In this document: one piece after another, positions 9,050 through 21,517 of the stretch
Layout: each line of letters starts with the position of its first letter
Position numbering within the stretch: position 1 is the stretch's first letter
Origin: Perkinsus chesapeaki ATCC PRA-425
Lineage: Eukaryota; Protista; Perkinsozoa
Direction: 5' to 3'
DNA: 34,093 nucleotides
NCBI GenBank assembly: GCA_013115145.1
Contig: JAAPAO010000386.1
Coordinates: forward strand, 1 to 34,093
Position numbers and translations under genes: made by a program
Notes under the pieces: generated by a model
Databases searched by the model: none
What the model was told of the DNA's origin: nothing
Seen by the model: only the letters and a program-made list of their open reading frames with translations

Positions 9050-12000
9050 ATGGGGAAATCGACATTGGATTTAACGCGAAACCAGCTCTTGTCGAAGTTT
9101 GGCGAATCGAAACGAGATATCATAGGTAAGCTTGGAGAAATGGCAAGGACCAGCAAGATTAACAAGATTTTTACCGGTGAGTTTGGACTTCTGCATCAGA
9201 TTCTGTGCTGAGAAGCTGCCATCGTAAACCAGTCGATTTGCAAGAATACCAAAAGGTCAGTTGAGCAGCTGGTTCGATTCGCCAGACTCGAGTGGGTTAC
9301 AATTCACATTTGTTTTACGCCGAAGGAGGGATTAATTTTGAAATGTCTCCAAGTACGTTACTTACGGTACGTATATAGGTGACCAGAGAGAATGGGGGGA
9401 TTCTGAGGGGGTTATCATTTGCGACTCAAAGGCAAATAATATCTAATATTTAATCGGAGTGAATTGCAAGCCAAGGTGCACTGTAAAGTTGAAGTGGGGG
9501 ACTTTGCTGAGAAATCTATTATTCCTTGGAAGCTGTTATCAGCTGCCATATCTTGGCCGATACATACAACAACTGGAACAAATCGCGACATGGTTCGGCG
9601 TGTAGATTCAGCGCATCGCTTCTAATCAGATTGAAGGTCTGGTTGCGAATGCGGTACGAGAAGCTCGACGAGCAAAGTCAAAAGCTGAGTCACGTCTCGA
9701 GGAGACTGTCCCTGAGAGTAGTCCTGCAATGTCCTGCTCCACCTACGCCTCTCTTTGATACAGGAAAAGCATCGATGAGATCGGATGTGAGCTCACGGAA
9801 CGACCCTAGATTGAAGCCAGTGGTCGATCTACCTAAACAGAGGCCATTCCATCTCCAACGTGCTCAAGTAGGCTGGAATTGGCTCGTTACTCCCCGTTCA
9901 ACAGTGGGCCCAATATAGTATACTTTCGTAGTAGTAGGGCACTAGTACTGCTACTAGAGTTGCTTGAGGGGCAGGCGGGCCTTCAGAATTCCGATACAAA
10001 AACGCACAGTTGAAACATTTGAGTCAGTATTCAGAACCAGGCAAAACAAAAGCAAACGCATTAGCTCTTAAATACATGGAAAGATGAACTTGCATGAATT
10101 GATTCATGAGCGTTCATTAAAATGATGGTTAATAACTTGCAATTAACAATTGAAATTAACTAGTACCATGCAACAATCACGTTCTTATGCCCTAAAACTT
10201 CGCCCGCCAACAACATCATCTCCTGGCACCTCCACGCCCCTCGGCTAAATTTAGAAATGTCGTAGCTATGCGGAGCGCTATGGTTCTGCATCGTGAACTA
10301 GGTGTTAAATACGGACTTACTTAGACTCACAGAAAGTATAGATTCAGCTCGCCAAAAATTATGAAATGGTTACATGCAGGAAATGGCGTTCGTTGTCCGT
10401 TATATCAAATAATATCTTCCAGGCGGCCAAAGCTGGTCTCGGTATTATACCTGTGGACCAATACGAGCTCATAGTTCAATACGATTCCCATATGCATAGC
10501 ATAGAAGAAAGGGAACGAATCAGGATGGAAAAGAAAAAGAAGGAAGTGGGTATCGTGCCTGTGTTACACGATGCAGAGCGCGGAGTTCTAATTGTCTGGG
10601 CTGTCAGGACTACAAGAATGCGCTTGATGCGCAGATGTCGGTGAAGCACGGCATCACGGCGAAGGAGACCGCGGCACGAGAAGGTGAAAGACTAGCTATG
10701 GTAAGTAGTATATTTCCTGGCGCGTGAGAAAGTTGGGGTTGGGTCCAGTTGGAAGCTCGAGAGCAATCGAGACGCGATGATGAGAAACGAGCGGCACTGA
10801 TGAAGCAGAAGAGGCTCGAGATGATACAGGCTGCTCAAGAGGTGTGCCAAGGGGATACGTAGCGCCTTTTTAACTATACGGCAATGTGTATATGGTGCGG
10901 GTGCAAATGTATTATTAAATATATGGTGAATAGATTGCATGCCACCTCCGATGCTGTGGAGACATTCTGTACCCAATGTGAGTATCCTGCTAGAACACCG
11001 AAGGGTGAAATGGGAACGCTCGTCACACATTGCATCATGAAGGCGTGCGGTACCGTTATGTTATCATCTATTCCTCGGCATAGAATGTTCGTCATCACGG
11101 ATATGCCGTACCATTACGATGATAGCATATGCTGCAGATGACATGCATTTCATAAGGTGCCAACAATATGTTTGTGCCTTACTCCCAAACAAGAGAGATA
11201 ATGCATCGTCCACGATTCTGGATTTCAGAAATCTGTTTACAGAATCTGGAAACTCATTTGAGTGACTTGAAATGGCTAGAGCACTCATCCGGCACAACTT
11301 GCGGCCCACAAGTGCTTTTTTCGTCGCAAGGTAAGAAAGCCACATCGCCACCCTCATAAAGCTCGAAAATAATTCTGCATTTCATGGATTCGCACCGTCA
11401 TGTAGTTGGGGGTGATCTCGCTATTAGGCTGAGCGATCGATACAGAGGAGGCAACGGCGTGAGATGGCTGAGAAAGAGGCGGAACGAAAAGAAGGATTAG
11501 AAAGGGTAAGGAAAGGGGGATTTAGCAACTCACTTTTGAAACCGTGTCTTTCAAGCGGTTTACATCTGCGAAATATATTGACTATTCGAGAAATATTGGT
11601 ATTACTATCATTGAATTCCTTAGAGAGCTTCTTATATGTCTATTACACAGTGAAATAGCTGCTGTACGAGCCGATGTGGTGCTCGGTCAACTTGGTAGGC
11701 GAGCACATTAAGCAAGCAGACTGCTTCAAACAGTGGCGGAAGAACCTCCCACCTCTATGAAAATATGCCCCTTTATGGTTCGAATTGCGAAGGAATAACT
11801 GGTTTCATTATAGAAAATACGCTTCTCGTGCTTCGCGAGTCGTGGAAAAGTAAACATGGTACCTGCTCCCACGGTTGCGGGCCCCACCAAAGCAACCCAT
11901 AGTTATTCTATGACTCCCTGTTATAAATCAGATGCAACGAGAGGCACGTGAGGCTGCAGTCGAGGAGAAGAGACGAGCTGCTGCTAACAGGAGACGTATT

Positions 12001-14175
12001 ATGGACATCAACCAGGATATTAAAGGTCGGTCTTATAACGTGGAGAGAATGGGAATTCTACTATTTCAGATGCAATTGACGCAAAACAGAAGGCGAAGAA
12101 GGAGGAAGCTGAACAAGCAGAGATCCTTATAAAACAGCAGGCAAGCGGTCGCCTTTGGTTTCCGACCTCCACACTTGGCCTGTTGGACAGTTGGCTGCGG
12201 CAGAGGCAAATGAGAAGGCCAAGATTGACGCTTTGAACAAACTGAAAGATAGGATAAAGCAAATCTCCAACACGATCGGGAAAGCTGTCGGTGACGAGAA
12301 CAAAGTAGGCTGTGCGTTGACATAAGATATTTGTACTCTTCATTTTATGTTGGATGCGACACGAAACCGACTGGCAGTCGGCGACTGCAACCTAGGCATT
12401 TTGCTTCGAAGCTTCCCATCGGCTTTGTCAGATAGGATTCGTTCGGAAAACCGAGACCTCAAGTCTATGTGTTGTGGAAAATGGATCACTTCACCGCTAT
12501 GGACTATCTAACCTCCTGTGCATCCACAATCTCCTAGTCGAATCGCTACAGAAAATATTCTCTCGATGCCGATTGAGGGGAAAATCGGCCGGAAATTCCG
12601 GTCGATGGTCCGGTCCGGTCGGTCGGGGTTTGAGGGAAATTTCACACAATTCCGGTCCGGAATTGTGTGAAATTTCCCCAACATTTTCTTTCCTAGGACC
12701 TGCACGCATTCATTGGGTGTTTTGAGCGATACTTATACATTTAGTACCAGTTGTCAGTGCAATTGCTCAGAAACGGGAAGAGGAAGAGGACCGCCGACTT
12801 GAGGCTCATTTGCGTGCAGCAGAAATTGCCTCCAGAAAAGTAAGGGCGGCCAATATGTGGCTGCGTCCCGTTTATGTTTAAAGTTTATGGCGAAAATGGC
12901 TATGTGAGCTCTCCTCCATTCAAGGCGAGAAGTGCTACGCTTATTTTTTCGGATGATCGTCGAAGATACAGAGCGTCGATCCTGGAAAGGGCTGTCCGTT
13001 TTCGAATAGTAGATTCCTGTATGTGTTAGGCCGATGCCGATAAGCGCTCAAGGCAAGAAAAGGCGAAAAAGGATATGCTAGACACGCTTGCACAACAGGT
13101 AAAATCTTCCGAGTGCGAAGCTTGGAGTTGCCTTTTAGGTTCAAGAGAAGGCGGAGCTGAGGAAGCTCGAAGCCAATAGCAATAAACTCCAAGTGAGCCG
13201 GCTAGCGAAGCTTCGCTAACATTGTGATAAATAACCGTTCATTAGAGTGGACGGTTTGCTGAGAGCTGATACATCGGCTAAGTCAATCCAGCAACCGAGT
13301 CTCGAAGTAGAATTCGTGTAGCTATGATACTAGCTTGTAGTTTGGTCATATCGATTCATTCGCTATCACAAATAGGCTGCCTATTTGATGTCATTGAAGC
13401 AACCGCAATGAGTGCCTATTATAGGCACTCATTGCGGTTGCTTCAATTATATAATATTACGCTCTGACTGATGGCCATGTGTGCTCGTTTCTCAGCGTCC
13501 TTACATTTGCTGAGCAAATTTTACTCATTAGCTTCCGTCGACGTGGTCAGGAAAGGATCCAGCCTTACGGTCAGTGTTCCCAACGCGGAAATATAACAGA
13601 ATTTTATGTGTGAAAATATGATCCTAGACCCGAAGTGCACTTCCTCTGGGAACATGTAATTGATGTATCTCAATTATTTCCTCGAGATGATATGTCATCA
13701 TTGATAGCGACTAGTGGGCTCTATGTAGGGTAAGGTGTCGAGAGAGATGGCATTGGAGGCGTTGCGAAAGGAAGCTGAGGAAGAGGAAGACAGGAAACGT
13801 ATGAGGGCAAATATGGACAAAGAGCTCGTAAAGGCGTTGTCAGCAGCGCACTCGACATGCCCTGCTCGATTCAGGAAAAGCAAATACGCTTTGTTAATTT
13901 GACTACCGAGGAAGACAGGATGGACGCCGATCTGCAACGTCGCGAGCTAGAGTTCAATCAACCTCTGTTCCGGTATTTTACTTGGTGTCTAGCCAATTAT
14001 CTTACGCTTCTGATTATCTATCAGCGCTCTATATATTAAAACTTTCAAAAGGTTTACCTCTTAGAATCTTGAATGTGCTACGCTTGGAGAGAGAGTTTGT
14101 CTATTACTGTGGTATGTCAGGCAAATGGCAAGTCGCAAGTTTAAAGAGGAAAAGACCAATAAGCTCCTATTGTAA
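9050..14175 (+). CDS. Multi-exon E/K/R-rich coiled-coil protein, similar in style to trichohyalin-plectin-homology (TPH) flagellar microtubule inner proteins
   Basis: Phase-consistent exons: 10423-10545, 10608-10700, 10749-10841, 11446-11505, 11932-12025, 12070-12140 (GC donor), 12191-12304, 12771-12839, 13030-13098, 13139-13192, 13729-13827, 13875-13972, 14121-14175 (stop). The repeated pattern is YKNALDAQ / DMLDTLAQQVQEK. The 5' exons (9050-9890) are less certain, and the family call rests on pattern only. Confidence 0.7.
12634..12678. repeat. Perfect 22-bp-arm palindrome (intronic)
   Basis: gggaaatttcacacaattccgg-t-ccggaattgtgtgaaatttccc. Confidence 0.95.
13393..13447. repeat. Perfect 27-bp-arm palindrome (intronic)
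   Basis: attgaagcaaccgcaatgagtgcctat-t-ataggcactcattgcggttgcttcaat. Confidence 0.97.
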
Positions 14176-14419
14176 TCACACGCTCATCCTACTGCACGTT
14201 GCTGAAGTAGATGAGATGAAGTTGTTATCTACCGGTAGTTGCGTTCGTAGCCACCTGTAACGCCGAGACAAAACACTTTCAGCGTTTATTCGGGAGTATT
14301 GAGAACCGCTCACTATCTTGCTATCGAGGTGTCAAACCGCAGATTCTAATCGGCCAACGGGAAGAAAATTTTATATTAGTTAACTCGTTAAAGCCGGTAA
14401 AACCGGAGAACACACCAAT

Positions 14420-15304
14420 TGGTTCTTTATCAAAATGGCGAAGCCATTGTGATGAATTTATTCCCCTCTTTTCCTGGCCAATGTCTACGAAGAAGTGATA
14501 AAGGTCAACAGTTAAGACTAGTAACTACGGACAGTCGTGGGCTCCGTTGCAGCATGCCAGCATATCCCCGGCGGACATCAAAGCCTTCTTCTGGCCCTTC
14601 GATTCCATGCACACTCTGTAGTTGAAGGCTTCGGTGACAGCAAGTGCCCAGCAGCTACCGCAGTCCGATTGGTCCCTGCAAATTGAGGCACAGCTGCGCA
14701 AGTGATCGATATTCGCCTACCTGACATGTCCAATAATATCTTTGCATTCATTGAACCCAACGCGAGCATCGAAGCTATCGGGCAAGGTCTGTAGATCGTC
14801 TCCTAAGTAGTCTTTCTGGGCAAGTGATCCTGACCTGTCTATGAAGGTACCGCACAGCCTCTTGGCGTCGCGAATGGTGAGCCCTGCAACACAATGGTGA
14901 GACTATCATGGTCAGAGTTGAGTGAGACTACCTTCAAATCTGCCCTGCTTGACAGAAGCTGTCCATCTGCTTTGTTTAGAGTTGATCTCATCAACGAGGC
15001 CCTGCAGGATTGCAGGCTTAGTCTCATCGAAAAGATCGGATATATCATCTCCTGAAATAGCCTTGGCTGGCGTTCCCAACTCCTCTGCGAAGCGGCCGAA
15101 GTGTTCAGCTTCTTCATCACTCGTATACGAATGCCCTGACCAAAAGTAGTCACGAGGGTGGTGCCCGCAAACGGCGACACCTTTGCGATGCCTGAGTTCA
15201 TCGAACATGAACTTGACAGACTTAAGTTCATCTACAACGATGCCTGACGCTAGATATAAAGAAAGGATGAGTGTCATGACGACTGTTGAAGGATAGGGGG
15301 TCAT
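14420..15304 (-). pseudogene. Cathepsin B-like (papain C1A) cysteine protease, C-terminally truncated or degenerate
   Basis: Exons 15304-14932, 14883-14721 and 14675-14529 give a signal peptide, a propeptide (LVDEINSKQSRWTAS..RFEGLTIRDAKRLCGT) and a mature N-terminus (LPDSFDAR..IGHVRDQSDCGSCWALAVTEAF..MSAGDMLACC). The next exon lacks a clean GCxGG frame. No catalytic His or NSW is found before the convergent gene end at 14175. Confidence 0.85.
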
Positions 15305-16478
15305 TGGATCCGAACGTCCGGCTTACTGTATGATATCAGTAAGAACAGTCCCAGGAATAACTTACACCCCATGGCTAACCACGGGCGCCGAAAACCCTAA
15401 CGACGTGTTGCTTGTTCCTCGTTCATATGGTCGAACACAAGGCGAGAAGGGAGTCTACAAAGGCTTCTACTTATTCAGCTTACATTCGCAGGAGGATTTA
15501 GCTGTGCGCGCATGTACAAGGGAGCGAGCGGCGCGCAATGAATAACACGAAGTTAGGCTAACGTATGCGTGCAACCGTGTAGATCACATAGCTAATGGCA
15601 AACTGTGCAACTATTTACGAAGGGCAGTGAAAAGATAACCATTCTCAGCTACCTACACTGACTAAGTTAAACTGAAATCCTAGCAGTGCTAGGCTAGCAC
15701 AGCTAATCTCAAGCTAGTGCGGTGCACTAAGTGCACATAGAGTGACATAGCCCATAATCTATTTCGTTCTGTGGCCATGTCGAGCCGCGCTTCTAAGTGA
15801 GGCGTGATATGCTACGAACTGACTCATATTTGATCAATAACTGACAGTTATTGCTGCGAGCAGTCGTTCGGCTTCCACCATCCCCACTTCGCTTGTGGCT
15901 TCAGTCGATGCGGCAAGTATCGGGGGCTGCGCTCAAGGAGACAAGCTTCAAAAGGCAAGGAGGGATATGAAGAACTTATCGTGCAGCACTACAGTATTCT
16001 GGTTCCTTTGTTGTGTTATCCTTAGGAGTTCATCAACTAATACCGCGCCACTCGCGCCTCATAGCGTAAGGCGTTTTAAGGTGAGGTGAGCGAGGTGCAC
16101 CTTATAGTCAAAATAGTAAGGTTGTGAAGGAGCCTTGCCGAAAAATTGTAAGGCGCCTTAAGGTTTTTGCACCTTGTGACGTCTAGTGAAATATGCCCCC
16201 GGACCTCCTCCAGTAATGCTTGACAGCACAGCTAATATCTCAGCTACAGGAGTATACGAGTTCATGAATACCTTCATTCATCTATGTCTAAGACATAATG
16301 TCTTCAGGTATGCAGCTACTGCGTGGCGCGTCACGCGCTCCCTGGAGCATTCCTGCGCTAAGTCAGTGTGACTTCATTGATACTTGGTTTTTCCCAAGCC
16401 TGCCTCTACCAGAATATGTCTGGGTGCCAAAGTCGGTCTCAAGGACCCGGGTGTAGTCATCGCTGTGTACTTCACTTC

Positions 16479-17657
16479 ATGCGGGTTGCTTCATTCATGT
16501 TTGGAATTTTGGGTTCAGTTAGCCTACCCGTTGGTGATGGACACTTGCTAGAACTCGACGCCGTACATGGAAATATACCTGGTTATGAAGGTCGGCCTGG
16601 CTTATATTGTCATATCAAGGATCTAGGGTTGTGGGCTGTGGTGGACACTGGCGCCCCGATATTCCACTTAATCTGGAGGGAATGGTTTGAGTCTGTCATG
16701 GGCCCCCATTCATGTGGTCTCTTACACGCTGGTTGTTATGTATGCAAGACTCCATGTGATCCTCGGCATGCCGTAACTCGTGTTGAAACTTTTTTAGATG
16801 GTACAAGCATAAATATCTTCGAGCATGAAGATGACTTGAAGATAGGGTCTGTGGACGTGGGCAAAATGAAGTTCCAGCTTACATTTGGCCAAGATCCCCC
16901 ACCTAGTGTATACCCGGTTTTCAATCTACTCGGTTTGAGACGACAACCCGAAGGCGGTTTCCCCCCGCTGCTCTACCAATTGATTGATAAGAAGCCCAAA
17001 ATGGTAAACAGCAAAACATTCGCTATTTAGCTTGATGAAAAAGCTCCTAACAGGGACTTATATTTTGGCAAGGTCCTATTGGGTGGTGGTGACCCAAACC
17101 GCTACAAGCACCCATTACTATACCTGACTTTTACAGATGCAACATATTATATGGTACCACTGAGTAGTATGCAAGTTGGTGATGGTCATCCACCTATAGG
17201 TATTTACTGGAACATATTGCTCGATAGTGGGAGCAACGCACTGGTTGTACCACCAATTCACTTTGACGCAATTATGGAAGATATCTCTGAAGCGGTTGGA
17301 CAGCCGCTTAGGTGGAATCCGGCAGCTAAGCTATGGTTAATTCCGTGTAGCTACTATAACTCAATGCCAAAGTTGATGCTTAACTTGGGCCCTAAAGGGG
17401 AGGTTCCCATCATTATGAGTAATGTTAATTATGTGCGTCCAGATAGCAAAGGCGAGAAATGCTCGATTATGATCTTAAAACGGGATATACCTTACTGGAT
17501 CCTTCCCGCTTCGGCTTTAATCGGGTATTACTTCGAGTTTCAAATAGATAATAGACGAGTGGGAATTGCTGAAACTGTTACTCAAAGTACTTCCCTCCGT
17601 CACTTCAACGGGTCGGTACTCGCCGGATCTCCGAGTGGTGCAAAGTTATCTATTTAG
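16479..17657 (+). pseudogene. Intronless pepsin-family (A1) aspartic protease with one in-frame TAG at 17028-17030
   Basis: The two supplied ORFs are in one frame: ...SKTFAI*LDEK..VLLGGGDP. There is a signal-like MRVASFMFGILGSVSL, catalytic motifs VVDTGA and LLDSGS, and a typical C-terminal YYFEFQIDNRRVGIA. Confidence 0.88.
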
Positions 17658-18746
17658 TCAACCTCCACTTGGGCAGGTAGATGCCTTAGCTGATATGATC
17701 TGACCATAGACTAAGGACTCGACCAGCTTCCAAGTCTTTGAACTATTCCACTCAGATGTATTATCAATCTTTGTCTCTTCATATGTCTGCGTGCTCAAGC
17801 GCACGAGTGCTTCGCTCGGGCCGAGCTATGGCAGTCGTTCATCAACACAAGTGTTACGGTCGTAGGCAGGCCCTTGTTAATAGGTTAAGGTGCTTCGGTT
17901 TGTTGAATCCTATAACCTATTGAATCAGAAGTATTGATAAGTCCTTTCCCTTTTTGAGACCTTAATGGCTCAGAGTTCAGTCCAGAGTGGCAATCAGGCA
18001 GATGCGTACAACTCCTACCCAAGTCTGATTCTGTTTTTGTAGACCGATCACAGTTCCTACCCAAAACCCATCAACCCGACTCGTCCGTGAGGGACGTATC
18101 AATCTGTCTATCTGTATCTTTATCTATAATTCTGTGATCCGATTTTCCAATACCTCCATAGCGTTCCATTTCCGAACAACTGTTCCAACTTGAACTTTCA
18201 AGTGAAACAAGAGGTACCCTGATCATGGCCTCCACCGATGAAGGAAAGCAACAGCCTTGCCAAGGCGTGGAACAATAACTATCATTTCCGAATTAAGTGA
18301 GTCGTACGGAGAAATGTTATCAAGTTGATAACGCGACAACATCGCAGGCACTCGTTCTTGCACGTTCGTTCGTTAAGGAAATGCAACTCTTGAAAGTCTT
18401 GTAACTCCCCTTACAGATGAGCCATATTTTATTGAGGGAGATTGTCGAGCAAAGAGAGAAGGGTATCCCGCACTCTGACGAGCCCGATGGCTGTGGTGAC
18501 CGTGGCCACTGGCTGTTCAAACTTCAACTCTGAGCTACCCATTCATGGGCTACCACTCAACATCGTTATGAAGCATTATTCTGATTTCAATACTCGTGAT
18601 TACATTATTCAGATTGAAGAAAGATTCGAGTGTTCTGTGGCGGATTCAAAATGTTATCATTTGTCTTCTAGCGATCGTTTCTAAAGCTTGAAAGTTTCTT
18701 GTTGTGAGTTATCTCAGAACGCAAGTACAACAAAAACAAAGACAAT

Positions 18747-21125
18747 TCAAATGCTATGGCCAGTGTTGATGCCAACTGCGCTCAAACTAGTGATCGGTTG
18801 CGGTGTAATAACAGAAGCTTCAACATCCGCCTTGCGCTTCTTAACCTGACATTGAAGATCATAAATGTTCCACGAGCTGCCACACTCACCAAATCTAACG
18901 CCGTATCCCCAGCTGCGATGACATACGGACAAGTACGAGAATCCGGACCATCTAGCTTGGAAGGCAGGAGGGGTAGGACCAACCGTAACTGTCAGAGTAA
19001 AGTTGAGCATCCGGTCCATTTGGGGGGGGGAGTTGCATGAAGCATACCCATGAGTTCGGTCCGAAAATCTCCTCAATGTTGGTTAATACTGAACCGGAGT
19101 CGTAGAATCGGGGACCTATTGGGCACCAAGTCTTCGGAGCAATCTCTAGAAATCTGAAAGAAACGACGGTACCGATATATTCCAAGTATCCGACTCTACA
19201 TGAAAGAAGAGAGATTCCATCGGGGACAATAACAAAAAATAACAACTGCAACGTCTGAGTATGCAAACGGCAAAGCCGAGCAAGGAGCTAACTGTTGAGG
19301 CGGTGAACGGTCTTGGACCATCTCGAAGTATCGCAGTTCCCTATTCTATATATCGCGTATTGAACCCCTCTGGGTCCTATAATCTCCTCAACACCCGCAT
19401 TAACACACTCTTTTTGATCTAGAGGACCCTATCGCAACCCTTTCCACATCGACACACATACATTTACTCGTAGCTTACTCTGCTTTATAGGGACGCTTCT
19501 CCAAATAGGTAACGTTCCTCATCATCTGCCCTAGCTGACCCCAAAACATGAATACCAAACCAATAAGAGAGCCAAACGTTGCAAACAACATCAACGTTGC
19601 GGCACCAGCACAGGACTGAGAAAATAACCAACGTTATTCGTGAAGGAAAAAAGTCGGAGAATTTGGTGAAAACCGATTGCTCCATATTTTGCCAAAGGCG
19701 CTGACTCTCAGGCTAAGACGCCAACCTGTACAGAGTTCGGTTAAACTGTGCATGGTTGCGGTAAAGTGGCACTAAATGATTGAGGCATTCGGGTGGAATC
19801 TAGAGGTAGCCGTTTGCCTTCTTCAGCTCTACAATATCGGGTGAAATTAATCAAAAACTCGCTTTTACTTTCCCTGTAGCCGACCACATGCATATAATCA
19901 AACACTTACTCCACAAGCCTAGTTTTATTAGAACTCCAAGCAACGGCCTTAATGTCTGAAATTCGACATCAACTTACCGGCATGATGGCCCTCAAATGTA
20001 CATATATCCCTATTGGTATAGATATGTGACCGTAAGTTATGTACTGCCAAGTATTAAGGCGAACAGCAAAAAGCAGCTGACTGAAATTCTCGCGCAGCAG
20101 AACAGTCGACCATATCATGAATCTGATCACGGTTGATAGGACTTAAACCGAAGGTGATGATTACTGCGCGTAGATGCATGCAGCGGAGCCGAAGACGAAA
20201 ACCAGCAGGAACGATCCTTGATTGCGAGCGCCGACACAGTTACCTTAACAAGGCTGGAGATTGCACCGCACATCGGATGCTTACCGGTGACTTCACAGTG
20301 GTGGTCCATTTTGTCCACACAGCGATTGCACTTCGAGCAATGGTGCGCTCGAGGCGGTTTGTAACTGTGCCGAAAATGCGTGTCGCTGAATTGACTTTGG
20401 GATATTACTTTTTGCACCATTCACAGTATCGCGGGGCGTATAGAAAGTTAGCTTCCTCTGTGTCGTGAGATCGCGGTGATTTCCGAACTCGTAATTCGTA
20501 TCTTTTGGATGATTTCGTTATTGTGTGCATGATCGAGTGCTACTGTCCTGTGGCCTCCATGTCGGGTTTGCGGTCTCCTTTTATAAAGCCCGGATCAGCT
20601 CTCACAGCGTGGTAGAAGTTGACGGCCAGCTGAGAGCAGGAGAAGGAGACATATCAATCCGATACGACGTGCTTGTTCGGAAGGAGATGATACCTATGGC
20701 CTCGGAAAACACATAGAGGTTGATTTTTCCCACACACCCTCGGCAGTCAAGCAGTGGAGATTCTTCGCTCTCCACTGTGAAGCCGCCTGCACTCAAGCGA
20801 TTCGTGTGGGGTCTATAATGAGCTAGCGTGTACGCATTATCAGTATTAAAATTGGAATATGAATTTGTTTTTTTTCTAAGTAAAGACCGACACAAACTCC
20901 CTCACCTGTAGACACAGCCACACAGCGAAGATACCGTGCAGTAGGCTCCAAACAGGGCCGGTGTTCCGGGCCACTAGTATGTTCTAAATAAGATAGTAAT
21001 TAGCATTCAAGGTATAAAGGGATGGTTACTGGTAATAACCAGGCCACTCCTATTGTTGGCACCACGGTTACAAGCCCTAATACGAGAGCTCTACCGACCT
21101 TTATCAGTACAGCCCAGGGGCTCAT
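18747..21125 (-). CDS. DHHC-CRD palmitoyl acyltransferase, multi-exon
   Basis: Spliced segments: [11 protein letters not shown].., [83 protein letters not shown] (core exon 20364-20285), TM4 plus NVTYLE (TTxE-like), [16 protein letters not shown] (PaCCT-like), ending ..GHSI* at 18747. Confidence 0.9.
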
Positions 21126-21517
21126 GGGAATGTGAACTAAATATATACCATAACCATTATAGTACTTGCAACGATAATAACAAGGTTGCGACCAAATATA
21201 AACGAGACATGACTCGGGTTCGAATCCTGCTGGCAGCAATTCTAATGATATTTATTTGCACGCATGAACAGCGCAAGATCACCCTAAGTATTTGTTGGGG
21301 TAATGGCGTTGACCTAAACTCGGTTTCGGGCTCCGAAATGCGTTGAATTCTACAATGGCAATATTTCCATTAGTATTTGAGATGGAAAATGTATTTGCAT
21401 GTTTCACATAATTATATTACTTCTTTCTAGTCGTATTATACACTTCATTACCACACACACGTCGAAGATTATCAAGAGCAATGTTGATTTATTTTATCAG
21501 CAGTTTGCAGCATAACC

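Noticed and set aside
10842-11931. Exon-like segments inside two long introns of the coiled-coil gene (possible nested gene)
   Set aside because: I could not join them into a phase-consistent, stop-free product or recognise a domain. RNA-seq would be needed.
12474-12725. Overlapping ORFs on both strands with a repeated EISHNSGPELCEIS peptide
   Set aside because: This is an artefact of the 45-bp palindrome in an intron.
18200-18700. Possible decayed transposase or integrase fragment (VDNATT.. reading)
   Set aside because: There are stops in all frames and no convincing DDE or other family motif.
21183-21238. tRNA-like gggttcgaatcctgctggcagca
   Set aside because: Only a T-loop and a weak acceptor pairing are present, with no D or anticodon arm. 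It is too short to support a call.
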